DNA from: Octopus sinensis
Taxonomy: Eukaryota
Length of the DNA: 64,000 bases
Direction: 5' to 3'
Assembly (NCBI RefSeq): GCF_006345805.1
Contig: NC_043015.1
Location: 26,474,001 to 26,538,000, forward strand
Within the stretch, counting starts at the first letter, position 1, and each line of letters begins with the position of its first letter. The notes under the pieces were generated by a model. It was not told where the DNA came from. It saw only the letters and a program-made list of their open reading frames with translations, and did no database searches. A program made the position numbers and the translations under genes. Positions 25,766 to 39,886 of this stretch are shown in pieces.

Positions 25766-27018
25766 GTATGCGTGTGTTTGTATGCTTTAGTCGAACAAAT
25801 GGACCCACTTTAATTGTTTCCTTACAACTGCGATATTTTTCTATCGGTGATTTTTGGTAAACCTTTAAGTATTGTATGTATACACACACACACATATACG
25901 CACTGGCACGCGCGCCTACACACAGTTTTTCTTTGAGTTTTATTTTAAGTTCTTCTATAGAGAGTTGAAGCTGGTCGCCAGCAAAGTGATGAGACTTTTT
26001 GAGTTAGGGGAGTTCCCAGTGTTTGTAACTATGTGGGCTGCTGCTGTGTGAACCAAAACTATTTTCTATTCATTAAAACTTTTATAATTGTCCAGTTTTA
26101 TTTACAATTCATTCGCCGTATTAGACATCAACCATTTCTGCTTGGTTCGCCTTAATTAATTTACCATAAAAGTATGTACGCAGGCATGTATGTATGTATA
26201 TGTGCATGTATGTATGCATGTATGTATGTATGCATGTATGTATGTATTATGTATGTATGAATGCATGTATGTTTGTCTATGTGTGTGTAAATGATTAGTA
26301 AAGAGAAAAGCCCAAAGCAGCCAGCGGCATGAATTTACAACATGACTTCGTAGTTTTTTGTACCTAGTTCCGTTTAAAACTAAAAGCGCCATTTAGCCAC
26401 TACGCCTTGGTTCGAATGTATAAGATAATCTTAAAAATCAACAAATTTTTCAGTAAATTAATCCCATTTTATTTCCATTCACTTCTTGTCTCCAGTGGAG
26501 ACATAAGGCTGGGACATATAGAGAAACGGTAGAGATTATATATATCCCAAGACTATTGTGTATAGTAATGTTTGTCGTTACTTCAACATGGCTGTTTCGT
26601 ACGACCCGATATTACTACCATTTTTTAGCCTCAAGATGACGCCTCCTCTAGTTGAATATCGATGCAATCTGCACGCGATATATATTGCAAGCAGGGGAGC
26701 GAACCCCTACTATCATCTAGCGACTTGAAAGGACCAGCACACTGTCCAGTTTCAGACTATTTTTGCCCATACTCAGCTCTGGATACCTGTTCGCTAGACA
26801 TAACAGTAGATCGCTGCAACTCAAAACCTATAGCAAAATAAGAACCTATTTGGTATAATTAAAACAAAAACGATAAAAAGCGAACTTATTTATAGCTACA
26901 CACACACGGACACGCCTACATACACACACGCATAGATATAGTTTTAGTTATCTATATCAGTTATAGACGCAAGCATGCACATATTTCTTAAGTAGATGAT
27001 CAGACAGATAAATATTTT

Positions 27019-27088
<70 letters not shown>

Positions 27089-28548
27089 CTGACAAATAGA
27101 CTAATAGGCAGACTTGCTGACTGAAACACACACACACTCACATACACACACACTCACACAGATTGATAGATAGATAAATAGATAGAGTTGTGGATAGATA
27201 CATAGACAAATAGATGAACAAACTTTCGTTAGTTGTGTCAGTGAAGAGGTAATTCGGTAGGTGTACAAATAGGTACGTGGGTTCCTAAGTAGGTAGGTAG
27301 ATAGGTAGGTAGGTATTTAGTTTGGTAGTTAAATAAAAGTATAGAAGAGATGAACATTAGTTTGTGAAAGCAATGTAACAATAGAAGTAAATACATCATA
27401 ACCATTCTGACAAAGAATTTATCATTAACCTTGCCATTATCTGATATTTATTTCAGTATATCAGTTGGAATTTGAGACTTTTGAAGCATAAATTTAATCA
27501 TAAATCTGAGACCTTATTGTCAGCGCCAATATTCATTGATTTGAAAGACTATTCTAGAATCGTAGTATGGTTCATAGAATTAGAAGTAGGTTTGCGTCGC
27601 TAGAATTTTTATTCATGGTGTGTGAACAGACTTTTACCTGAACTATGAACTTTAATCTCCATGATGCAATATGAGTTGTTGCTTTCCCTAAACCATCTAA
27701 TCGGTTTGTATTATCGACATGCTAGAAACAACAGCTAAACTACCACTGATTACAGATTCAAGAAAGGAAAACGGGGGTGGGGGACTATGGATAGTGGAAA
27801 ACGAAAGTTGTCTACATCCGAAAAAAACTGTTATGGTGACACCTAGGATAACATTTTGCTGCTGAACCATGTCTGGTGAATGATAATAAAGTCAGTCTAA
27901 GAGATATATATTTTAAACGTATATATTGTTCCCGATAATTCTGGTAAAACGTTATTCGGGTATTCACATCTTCATTCCCGACAAATTTCTCTTACATTAC
28001 CCTATCCAGATTGAGCTGCTGTCTCAACAAATTTTGGACACTACTCCGTTGCATTATGCTCCGGCAACTTCTTTAATTATGACCGTTCAAAAGGGAAATA
28101 GGTCTACTTTTTTTCCGTTTTATTTACCCTTCGTCTTCCCATTCTATTTTTTGCATCACCTTTCTAGTTTTTTCTCGTGATTTCTCATGTAGCAGTGTCC
28201 TGATTTTTAAATAGAGCAAACCATGCGCTTAGAGCCTGTGGATTGCTTGCAGCCACATGGTGCGTTAAAAGACCTGCGTAACCAAGGGATTTAATGACAA
28301 GAAACTATTAGTAAGGTCATATTTTAATACAGTGTCACAGTGTACATTGAACGATATTTACCTCTTATTTCTTGCAATGCTTTTTTGTTGATCTTATTTT
28401 AACGAAGCAGTTAACCATATAGACATAATTATTCATACAATTTTTAAACAAGAATATTATTTTAAGGTATCATCTAAAATAAAGATATGATTTTCTTCGT
28501 ACATATTATTCTTTGTTGTTGAATACTCTGAAGTTCTTAAAATTCTGC

Positions 28549-28631
28549 AAAGGGCGGTGCCCCAGCAAAGGGCGGTGCCCCAGCATGGCCTCAGCCGGAT
28601 GGCTGAAACAAGTAAAAGAGTAAAAGAGTAT
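28549..28631 (+). mobile_element. Isolated SINE/CR1 3' tail with a 17-bp tandem duplication
   Basis: AAGGGCGGTGCCCCAGC twice, then ATGGCC...CTGAAACAAGTAAAAGAG; similar tails at about 4157-4210 (+) and 24001-24055 (-). Confidence 0.7.
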
Positions 28632-30282
28632 AAGGATTGTTGGATTTATCTTTCATTCATGAGGATTAACCTGGGATTTGTATTCTACATACATTTACTG
28701 GAATCTCCTTGGTTGAAATTTAACTTTATTCCTTTATACTGAGTACTTACTTGATATCTGTCAAGGATTTTAAAACCCATTTTCTTTTATACATACATAC
28801 ATATATACATACATATATATATGTATACCAGTGTATATGCGCACCCGCGAGTGTGTATGTGGTGTATGTTGTGCTGTGTGTGTGTGTGATCTTCAAATGT
28901 ATTAATTGTGATGCTCATAAATTTTATTTGTAATCCATTGCGAGGAGAAACGTTGAATTATAAATGCTTTTGCATCTTTGTGTTGTATATTTGGCGAGCA
29001 TTACTCAATGCTGGTTTCAAAATATTTATTTGCACTGCAGTATATGATCTGTTTAATTAACAATACAACTTATGTATCATGATTACAAATTCATCTGGGA
29101 TCTCTAGGGTAGATTTACATAGTTCAGCTATATGCCAACTCCAAGAAATGGGCTTAATTAAATTGGAAAAGAATAATTAAACGTGAAAAGCAACGTGGAA
29201 AGCAATATGAAATGCTGGATTGGAGAAATGACCTCTCAGCGAGTGAAATCCAGACCTCGGCTTTGATTTCCCGCTTGATTCGTTTCAATGCATTATCAGA
29301 TTCCTTTAACAAAATACACGATTGTTACATAACCTCAATTGCAGGAACCTGTTACGAAACGAATACTTATCAAATTGGAAAGGTGTTGCAATGGAGAAGT
29401 TAGCTTCTAATGACTTGTGTCCTCACAATTTTCTTCACTCTACACCAAGAAACGAGAATTGTATTAATGATATATTCATTCACATATAGCTCTATGGAAA
29501 GTTAGTGTTAACATATATGATGTTATATATCCTTAACAATTATCTAGAAATCAGTGTGTGGTGTGATAAAAAGAATAATAGCCAGATTCTAGAGTTGGCA
29601 TCATTTTCTAGTTAAGTACAAGAGACAACCTTTTACATGTTTTGGTCTGATTCTCATCTCGTCAATTAAGCATCACAGCCTAATCGTTTTTGCCAATGGA
29701 AGGATGAGAGATACAAGACTTATTAGAAGAGTTGTTACAGCGTCAAGTAGAATACTTTGCTGTATTTGATCTGAATCTCTACATACTGAGTTCAAATCCC
29801 ACTGGATCCAGATCAGTCTTTCATACTTTTCTGATCGATAAATTACATACCAGACTTGGAGAGGAGAAGAAAATAATGAAGTGACAAATAAAACATGATG
29901 AGATCAGATCTCTTTGACAGGTGGAGAGATGGATTATTTCGTGGAATGGTGGAGAGACAAGCTAAATGAGCAAAGGGTTGAATTACTGGTAATATGGATG
30001 ATCGATGGAGCTCCAGAGAAAACGAAGGAGGAAAGAACGGGTGAAATGTATCCTAATCATTAGCATCATGCCACTGTGTTCTGAAACTAACGTCTAAACC
30101 GGTTTTAATATTTGTTACCTATGATCCTAGAACTACCATTAACAGGGATTCATTTTCATGGACAATGCATGTGACCATACTTTAACGCACATAATATATG
30201 TTGGTTTGCTTATCAAACAAATTTTCAGTTTTGTTTTCAGAAGGGCAGAGGATTAAAAGAAACTGTAGAATGCCTTGAGATA

Positions 30283-30803
30283 CGAGGTGGTGTCAAACGT
30301 TTCCCGGACAAGAACTGTAGAGCCCCAAGAGATGAAAGCTCAGGGTTACATGCATAGTGAGAACTGGTAGAGACTTTCATGTGGCATTGTACTGAGTGAC
30401 ATCGCTGTGTTTATTTGCAAGTTGTGAAATTTGTGTTTGTGATCACATGTCCCTAGAAGACGATGAGCGATCTGGAAAACATGCCCCGAGCGTCATCCCC
30501 GGAGATGCAGAGAAAATTCTCAAAGGTTGCTGTTTTAACATCGCTGTCAAAATCCAGAACGAATCGCTGAACATTCTCCACTCGCTTTTGGCAAACAACT
30601 ACCAGGCCAGATTCCAAAAGTGGCAGGAACACTGGGACCGGTGCATTGCTGTGAAAGGGGACTATCTCGAAGTCCAAAAGTGCTAAATCTGGTGAATAGG
30701 ATGGGTTAGGAAGTGATACTATGTGGTTTTGATGTTAGGACTTAGGTAAATAAGTTATTTCTCATTAAACATAACGATTTCAGGAATGTTTTGATACACC
30801 TCG
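30283..30803 (+). mobile_element. Internally deleted mariner
   Basis: Imperfect TIRs CGAGGTGGTGTCAAA / TTTGATACACCTCG with TA flanks; SLEDDERSG near the N-terminus joined to C-terminal FQKWQEHWDRCIAVKGDYLE. Confidence 0.8.
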
Positions 30804-31549
30804 TATGCATTTACGATTCTTTAGTTAGTTGCCGTTCATTAACCGCTTGCGATATATAAAATGAAGATTCTCTCAAATACTAGGATCGATTTTAACGACT
30901 GTTCCTCCAACAACCCTTAAAATATGGGGCCTTTGTGCCTATTTGAGAAATTATTATTATCTTAATAATGATAGAAATCAAGTAAGATTTATGAAATATA
31001 TATCACCAACCTAGAAAATTGATGACAACGTCATGTTAGTATTCTTTGTTAAAGCTAATTGATGAGAACTACCCCCTTTCCGTTTTTGAATCTGTGAATG
31101 CATCCACATTTCCTTCTCAAGAAATTAATTTCAAAAATAACGGTGAAACTACATATTAATCGTTTATCTGTTGGCTTCAAGAGAAGAAAAAATCTCCGTG
31201 CATTGCCATTAACTGCTATCATAGTTATCTCCCTTGTAAGTTTTAGATTTAAACATGTCTGTACGGAGATACCGTGTCTAATAATTCTTTGCACAATTTC
31301 GGCTGATTGAATTTTCTTCAAATCACAGCATTTCATAAGATAAAATCGACCACGTAATCATTAATTTTCTTTTTTCTTATTGTCAGACATTATGTACACA
31401 CACATAAATATATACATACATACGTACGTACATACATATATACATACGTGTGTAGGGGTGTATATGTATACATACATATATATATATCGGAATTTTTGAT
31501 ATGCTAGGCCACTGGTTTTATTGATTAATATCAATTTCTACCCTTATTC

Positions 31550-31648
<99 letters not shown>

Positions 31649-33028
31649 ATATATATATATAATATATAATATATATCATACAGTGATATCAGTGTCCAGA
31701 AAGTTTCAAAAGAAGGGAACTTGTGACATATTTCAACTGCTAAGGGCAAAGTTATTGCAGGTTTCCGTGGGGAAAGATTCCTTTTTATGGTAAAATAAAA
31801 GATGTAAAAACACCATATATGTCCAGTGTTGGCACCTATCGAATTCTAAGACATCAATGTTTGTAGCTCCCTAGTTGCTATCAATGAGAAATAATGAAGA
31901 GAGGCAACTCTGTACAGAGTTAACTAAACTAAAGTGGCCTCAACTAAAATAAAGTCAACTGAATTGACCGATTTTGTGCCATTAGACCGCCATGGTCGTG
32001 AAAATTACAATACCAGCACTAAACATTGTTTTGGCGTAAACGAAATTTAGATTAGTGAAACTATATTTCTGACATATTTCAACAGCTAAAGGTAAATCAA
32101 CTCCAGTTATCCTGGAGAAAGACTTATCTTTTATAAGAAGGTGTAAAAATGCCATATATATATATATATATATGTTAATAAAATAGAACATATGCATATA
32201 TATAAACATATATGTACGTACCTACCTCTACATGTACATATACACGCATATATGTGTACAGGACACCAAAATGACGTCGAACACATAGAGAGACGAAAAA
32301 CATAGACACAAACCAAGGAACAAGACAAGCAAAAAAAGAGATACAGGACAATAAGCACAACGAAAAATCCCCTTCTTCAGTCGCTAAGGTTTCATCTACT
32401 AAACGTTTCGAAGGATAAAAGCGAGACGTTTACTTCGAAGAAAAACTTCCTTCCTGCGAAAAGCAAATCAATTAAAATTCTGAGATCTTTTCGCAGAGGG
32501 GTAAAAAAAGCAAGACGGTAACGACAGTACAAACATATAAACAGTAAAAAATATATATATAAACAGTGGAAAAATAAATATATAACAGTGAGAGACAGGA
32601 CAAGGAGAACAAGATAAGAAGGGCTGTTAACGCCAGACGAAAAAAGTATTGCAAACGCTGGATTATAGTGGACGACGAGAGAGAAAGAGAGTCGACCAGT
32701 AGCCTTAGAAGGCGGGCGAGAAAAGACAGGATAGCAGTTACGACGGAAGTATCGTCGCAGATGGACGACGGGAATGAGGAGGAGGAGCAAGAGGAAGAGA
32801 GAAGAAGGGAATGGTGCGAGGAGACCATGAAGAACGGTGAGGGGGAGAGAGAGAGGAAGAGACAAGTTAAGTGAGGGAAAAAAAGACGAAAAAGGGAATG
32901 GGAGAGAAAGAAAGAAAGATGCAGAGTCGCGTGAGAGTTAATATCAAGGCTAACTTGATAAACAGAACAATCTTACTTAATAGGGTGCGTGCGTTTAGTC
33001 GTATAATATGTTAATAAAATAGAACATA

Positions 33029-33066
<38 letters not shown>

Positions 33067-33202
33067 TGCATGCGTGTGTGTGTGTGTGTGTGCGTGTGTG
33101 CGTGCGCATGAGTATGTATGTGTGTAGGTGCGTGTGATGTGTATGGGTGAATGTGTATATAAATAAACATATATATATGTACGTATGTATGTGTGTATAT
33201 AA

Positions 33203-33262
<60 letters not shown>

Positions 33263-34403
33263 GGAGAGAGAGAGAGAGAGAGAGAGTGAGAGAAAGACAG
33301 ACAGACAGACAGATAGACAGAGACAGAGAGAGTGTGAGAGAGATTCTTAGTTAAGTTGAGGCCTGAACTGGTTCTGGCCATGCCTAATTTAATCTCACCA
33401 CCTGGAATAGTAATTTATTGATGCTTCGTATTACAGTCGTTATTTGGGCACCAGAGACCCTTTGAGTAAAGAATTATTATCTGTGCAGTTATATCCGTAT
33501 GTTGGTTGTTTTTTCTGAAATGTGTTGGAGATATTCATCTTGGAACCATTTGAATATTAAAATATCTTTTTCGACTCTGGTGTGTTTTTCTGTAGGTAGA
33601 CAAAATAAAATGACACCAAACACATTTGGCGGGAGTTACATATTTTATGAAGTAAACAAATCAGTTAAATCAGTTCGAATATGTTTTTGATATATTTTAA
33701 CTTCTAAATGCAATTTCAAAGCAGTTTACCGCTGCAAGAAGAAAATTTCGCTTATCGCAGAAGTTGTACTAACGTCTTATCTGTTCAGTATCACCATTCA
33801 TCGGACTCCTAAATGTGTTTCTACCTCTTTAACCTTCATCTGTAGGAGAAATCCGAGAGAGGTAATCCTGATCATATTAGAAAGTCGTAGCTATATAACA
33901 GAACAGTCATCATTGGTGACTTGCACTCACAGACGTCTTAGTCAAGAAAGACATAGTAGCGACAGTGCCAACGAGCCAGAAATGTGTATAGCAATCCGAC
34001 ATAGGCTGACATGCAACAGATGAAGAGTTTCTACACATTTTACCTGAAGCGAGAATTTTCTCACCCTTGTGAATAACAATGAAATCCCATTTAGAAGTAA
34101 AGATATGTCAGAATCGTATTTCAACTACTGCAACTATATTCATGAAATAATAGTTCGATTCACATCGGGAATTTGTTGTACGAAGTATATCACATCGGAT
34201 GTTTCAGAAGATTAGCAGGACTTGAGACGAATTTTATATGTCTTCTAGATGATAGGAGTGTATCGACCAGCCCAGGTTACGGTGTGCTAATGCTGACGAA
34301 ACGACACCAGCACTTGCTCTTTGTATTTACGCCCAAATGCTTAGACATCATTATGTTTTTGGTTTTGTTTATATTGTAACCAGTTTATGGGGATCCTCTA
34401 CCG

Positions 34404-34997
34404 TCATATGTTGTGGTGTGTGCTAGTGTTCCATTCCAGTTTCCTATTGAGGCTAGGTTTATCTTCTATTATGTGTATACCTTCTGTAATTTGTCTGATT
34501 GTTGTATCTGTTCTATGTGTGGATAATATTTTAATTTCTATGTTGTTGATTGATCCCCCGTATTCCTGTTCGGCGTATTGGTACAGAATCGATGAGCTTT
34601 TACCATCATTAAGTCCTCTCCAATGTCCATTTACCCGCTCTCCTATGCTTCTTGCCGTTTCCCCTACGTATGTCGTTGTCTTGTTACTGCATCGTTCCTC
34701 TATACATCTTATACTGTAGACTACATTTCTGGCTTTACAGTTTGTTTGTGGGCTAAATCTACATACAGTACAGTAATTATCCGCACAGGGGGTTCTACTA
34801 AAAGGGTAGGTTCTACCGATTATAGATTTGATAGGGTTGCCTGGCTTTTCAACAACCTTTAATCCTTAGCTTAAGTTTGTCTAGGGTCCTTCTAAAGCGG
34901 TACGCCAGTTCACCTCCAGGGGTGGTGTTAACGAACATGACACTCTGGTATTTATGGCTATCATACCAAGAGTTGGTCTTCCCTATTTTCTTTTTGT
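34404..34997 (-). pseudogene. Penelope-like GIY-YIG endonuclease region, 5'-truncated
   Basis: SWYDSHKYQSVMFVNTTPGGELA, a +1 frameshift, then KVVEKPG...PCADNYCTVC...NCKARNVVYSIRC...TYVGETARSIGERVNGH...KPSLNRKLEW to TGA at 34404-34406 (152 codons open from 34859). Confidence 0.88.
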
Positions 34998-35075
34998 ATG
35001 TATATATTATGTATATATATATATATATATATGTATATATAATGTAATATATATATGTATATATAAATATATATA

Positions 35076-35138
<63 letters not shown>

Positions 35139-35185
35139 AATACTATATATATATAATATTATATTATATATAATATAAAATATAT

Positions 35186-35219
<34 letters not shown>

Positions 35220-35264
35220 AAATACATTATATATATAAATATATATATATATATAGATATAAAT

Positions 35265-35297
<33 letters not shown>

Positions 35298-35319
35298 ATA
35301 TAGATATATATATATAAAT

Positions 35320-35356
<37 letters not shown>

Positions 35357-35599
35357 ATATATATAATATATAATGTATATGGTGTGTATGTGTGTGTGTG
35401 TGTGTTGAAGTAGTTGAATGAATATCCTAGTATGGATAATTCGGTTAACCGATACCCGGGTAGCAAATTTACGTCAGAAAGCACGGTTGAAGCTACATGA
35501 CAAGGGCAGAAATCACGTGCTTTCGTGTGGAAATTTGTGTGTTTTTTTACTATAGATAAATGAAAGAATGGAGTCGAACGACGATTTAACAAAATTCCT

Positions 35600-35712
35600 T
35601 TATTCTCGACATATGTTTCGAAGACTGCATATTCTGGATTTCGAAGACTCCATATTCTTAATTCCGAAAGAATAAAGGGTGCATTATGCCGTCTTCTCAT
35701 CAGGAAAGACAA
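35600..35712 (-). ncRNA. Type I hammerhead ribozyme, intact core
   Basis: tttc-CTGATGA-GAAGAC...GTCTTC-GAAA-CATATG-TC/gaga. Confidence 0.78.
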
Positions 35713-35810
35713 GGAACTTATGTCAGCATCATGACGACCAAAAACTTTTAGATGACTGCCCACAGAGACTCCGTGTGGGCATTGTTCGTCATGATGCTGA
35801 CATAAGTTCC

Positions 35811-35900
35811 TTGTCTTTCCTGATGAGAAGACGGCATAATGCACCCTTTATTCCTTCGGAATTAAGAATATGCAGTCTTCGAAACATATGTCGAGAATAA
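35811..35900 (+). ncRNA. Type I hammerhead ribozyme, intact core
   Basis: CTGATGA 35820-26, GAAGAC/GTCTTC stem II, GAAA 35881-84, CATATG, GUC cleavage after 35892. Confidence 0.85.
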
Positions 35901-36074
35901 AGGAATTTTGTTAAATCGTCGTTCGACTCCATTCTTTCATTTATCTATATATATATACACATACATACACCTGTAGCGACATATATACATATACATATAC
36001 GTATATGCACACACACTTACGCACATACACTCACGTGAACATACACATATTCACACAAATGCATTTATGCGTGT

Positions 36075-36124
<50 letters not shown>

Positions 36125-36615
36125 AAGATGAGGAAATATTTATTGCATTACTTCACTATACCAACGACTTTCTGACAAAGTCCTCACGTAAATCTTGACA
36201 CTGCTGTTTTCCCATACGTGTTTTCCAGTTTTTAAATTATTTCTCTCTGCAGTTCTAAAACTATTACCTGTGTGCATTAGTTAATGCGTTTTAATCAATA
36301 GTTTGAGAAAATCGGAAGGAAAAAGCTCCAGCACATCTGTCAGTAATCAAAGTTTAAAATCTATAATATATAAATATAATAAAACACTCTACTTGATGTG
36401 TATATCCATACGTATACCTACATACACACCTGCACGCATACTTTCATATATATATATATATGTATGTATGTGTGTGTGTGTGTATATATATACATATATA
36501 TATATATTTACTCATATATAAGTTTATATACATATGTTTGTATATGCATGTATGCATATGTGTGGAGGAAATTGTTTACAATTATTCATATATAGATGAA
36601 ATACATACATACGTG

Positions 36616-36651
<36 letters not shown>

Positions 36652-37007
36652 AGTATGTATGTATGTATGTATGTATATGTATATATATATATATATATAT
36701 CCGTAGACACACACACATATATATATATATATGTATACATACATATGCATGTGTGTATTTGTGTATCTGCGTGTGCGTCTGTGTATGTATATATATATAT
36801 ATATTTATAAATGCGCGTACGTAAATATATATATTTACATACATGAAACTTCAGTTTCTAACTTTATAATGCACGTGAAATCAATTGAATTTGCACTTCA
36901 GTGCTATGCTTTGGTGCTGCATATTTTATCGATCTTGTAAGAAAAATTGCAACAATATTATTTTCGCATTAGCTAAATAGTTAGAGAGAGAGGGAGGAGA
37001 GAGATAC

Positions 37008-37039
<32 letters not shown>

Positions 37040-37635
37040 GGGGTGAGAGAGTGATATATGCATACGCACACGCATATAAGCATGAAGCATCCCAGCGGCA
37101 CGCTTGAGTAATGTACCAAATAATTCTGTCTTAATGAGCTTTTCTCTTCGTCGTATTTTCCAGGTAACCAGCGGGAAAATTCTAATTCAACGGCCAAATT
37201 GGATTGGCTTAAAATAGTATTGCCTGAAAATTGTTAACTCACTTTGGTAAAAGACCAGAAATTTATCAAAGGCTGGCAGTGGTATCATAGAAGTTTCATA
37301 TGGTGCTCTCTCTGATTTCTAACAGCCAGTGATGGTAGGAGGATCAAAATGGCTTAAGTGGGATTTGAAACGCGTTCAAATGCAGGTTAGAAAGCAATTT
37401 CTTGTGTAGTAAGTTCTGAACATATTTTGTTCGTTCATCATCGCTACACATATATAACAACTACAGAATGCCTAGCAAATTGTAATATTTGCAACTATTT
37501 GAAGCATGAAACCGGACTCACACACTCCCTCACACACACACATATACAAAATTATAGGTACCCCAGCATGGTCACTGCCTTTCTATATATTAAAAGACTG
37601 AGTCGGACAAGAATAGTCCTCTTCCCTTCACATCA

Positions 37636-37679
<44 letters not shown>

Positions 37680-37775
37680 AATAATGAAGGGTGAAATTAA
37701 TTAATTTGGAATAATTATCAATTACACCAAGTAGTCTTCGGCATGTAAAAGCCTCATTCGAGGAAAATTTAAGTA

Positions 37776-38042
37776 ATACTAAGCAATAAAGGGTTTAGCA
37801 ACGAATTGCCTTACCACATACCGAATTTAGAAATAGCAGTCAAAGAGTTATAGCTATTTCTTCTACTAAAAAGGGAGATCTCAGTAAAAACAGCAATTGG
37901 AAGGCAATTGCTGCCTTCCAATTGCTGTTTTTACTGAGATCTCCCTTTTTAGTAGAAGAAATAGCTATAACTCTTTGACTGCTATTTCTAAATTCGGTAT
38001 GTGGTAAGGCAATTCGTTGCTAAACCCTTTATTGCTTAGTAT
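37776..38042. repeat. Perfect palindrome, 131-bp arms, 5-nt spacer
   Basis: 37776-37906 is the reverse complement of 37912-38042; no mismatch seen by eye. Confidence 0.93.
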
Positions 38043-38057
38043 ATATATATATATATA

Positions 38058-38595
38058 CTAGCAGTATCGCCCGGCGTTGCTCGGGGTTGTAAGGGAAATA
38101 ACTATATAAGCATTTTTAGAGAGTTATAGCCAAAAAATAGCAAAAAAATGCATTAAAAATGGAAAAAAAATTATGGTAATTTTTTTTTTAAATCGTTGAC
38201 TCATCGTAGACATTTTCTGTTTTGGTTTCTTCAAGCCATGAAGAACGCTGGTCTCATTGACAACGCTTTACGGCGTTGATTTCCATACACTCCCTTCCCC
38301 ACAGCTTCACGAGGGAGGGAAGAAGGGGGAGAAGCAACACAGGTGTGAGCGTGGACGCCAACTCCGCCGCCATCGACACACGAAAAATTATGCATTAAAA
38401 TGGAATAAAAAATGATGTTAAATTATTTTTAAAATCGTAGACTCATCGAAGACGCACGCTAATACCCAGACGGGCTCGATATGAATCACGACTATAAGAT
38501 ACCCGAATTAAACTGCACCGCAAACTGTGGGAGTAGTTAGGAATCTAAATCGATGGGGACAGACACTCACACAACTACAGTTTTATATATATAGA
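38058..38595 (-). mobile_element. Non-autonomous Helitron
   Basis: Minus strand A|TCTATATATATAAAACTG...CCCGAGCAACGCCGGG-CGATACTGCTAG|T: 5' TC, 3' hairpin plus CTAG, A/T target. Confidence 0.82.
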
Positions 38596-38769
38596 TATGT
38601 GTGTGTGTGTGTGGTGTGTGTGTATCGATATCTCTTATCCATTACTTGTTTCACTCATTAAACAGCGGCCTACTTGGGCACATCTTTGCAGGCTTTAGTC
38701 GAATAAATTGACCTCAGTTCTTTCTTTTTCCCCTAAAACTTATTCGATCGGTATCTTCTTAGCGAACTG

Positions 38770-39886
38770 AAAACTAAGAACTGCACAACCAATTTCATTC
38801 AAATTTTACACATGCCTTACTTAGGGTCCGGGGAGTGTCATCGGCAAAAAAATTAGCTTTTTGCCTAGGGTGAGCCCACAGCAATATCATATCTTCTCCA
38901 CTACGATTCGCTAAAACTTGAGAACTACACAACCAATTTCATTGAAATTTTGCACATGCCTTACATGTAGTTTCATGGGCAAAAAAAAATGTTCAACTTC
39001 TTGCCTAGAGTGAGCCCATAGCAATATCATATCTTCTCCACTATTCCAGTATTACGTGTTAAAAGTGAGACAAAAACATTTCTCTATTTTATCTCAGATA
39101 CTTTCACTTTAACAATAAAAAAAATAGTAACAATTGAATTATATGTTAGTAAGTAATAATTAAAATCAAACTAAAGTATGATATAATCGTAACATAACAA
39201 AAGTAAAAAATACAATTGGTATAAAATTGCATCAATGACTTGAACTTGAATAAGTGGTTTCACATGAATGGGAATAAATTAAAAATAAAATTAGCGTGCA
39301 GAAATGGAATAGTCCAGATGGATGATAAAAAATTAAATTGAAGAAAAGACTATTGTCTATAAAGTATATAGTGTAGATAAAAAAAAGATTTGAACACATG
39401 GAGGAAAGCTCCGTCGAAAAGTGTCTTGGTGCGACTATGAAAGATATATAATCAGAGGCGGTAAATTCGCCACAATAGAAGCAAGGTTCGAGTCAACGGA
39501 GCGTGCAAGGGAGTACTCGACTCGAACGTGCAAAGTGGAAATATTTTAGTTTTACCTTTATATCTGGGACGTAGGACGTCCCGGAAAAAAATTCTAAATG
39601 CCCCCCCCCCCCGAAGTAGAGCTACGCTGGATTGTAGCCACACTTCTATACAAGAGGGAGGACAAGATACAATTGATCGAAATTGCAAGAGACGGGCTAA
39701 CAATTCCAGTCTGTTATATATTTTGAGTATTATTATCACTAGCGATATCAAGATATAACTTTGTATTTTGTATTTTATGTGTAGATGTATATATATAGAT
39801 GTACATGTAATATGTACACATATATATATACACATATATACATGCACTAGCACTATGACCCGGCAACGACAGGTCTTTAATGCTAG
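38770..39886 (+). mobile_element. Non-autonomous Helitron, copy A (5' end missing, internal deletion)
   Basis: Ends GACCCG-gcaacga-CAGGTC...TGCTAG; collinear with copy B. Confidence 0.78.

Larger units (their letters stand above)
35551..35949. repeat. Near-perfect inverted repeat with an HHR in each arm
   Basis: Arms 35551-35737 and 35786-35949; the left arm has an extra ~23-bp internal duplication; the spacer holds a TGCCCACA/TGTGGGCA hairpin. Confidence 0.95.

Noticed and set aside
25791-26052. Two candidate exons (RTNGPTLIVSLQLRYFSIGDF; ELKLVASKVMRLFELGEFPVF)
   Set aside because: Joining them in the only open frames creates a TGA, and neither peptide is recognised
33850-34080. Possible APE endonuclease remnant (VIIGDL-like)
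   Set aside because: Too short and decayed to support a call
37722-37770. GGC...GCC-GAAG hairpin resembling an HHR on the minus strand
   Set aside because: Core (CGAATGA), GAAA and stem I do not all fit
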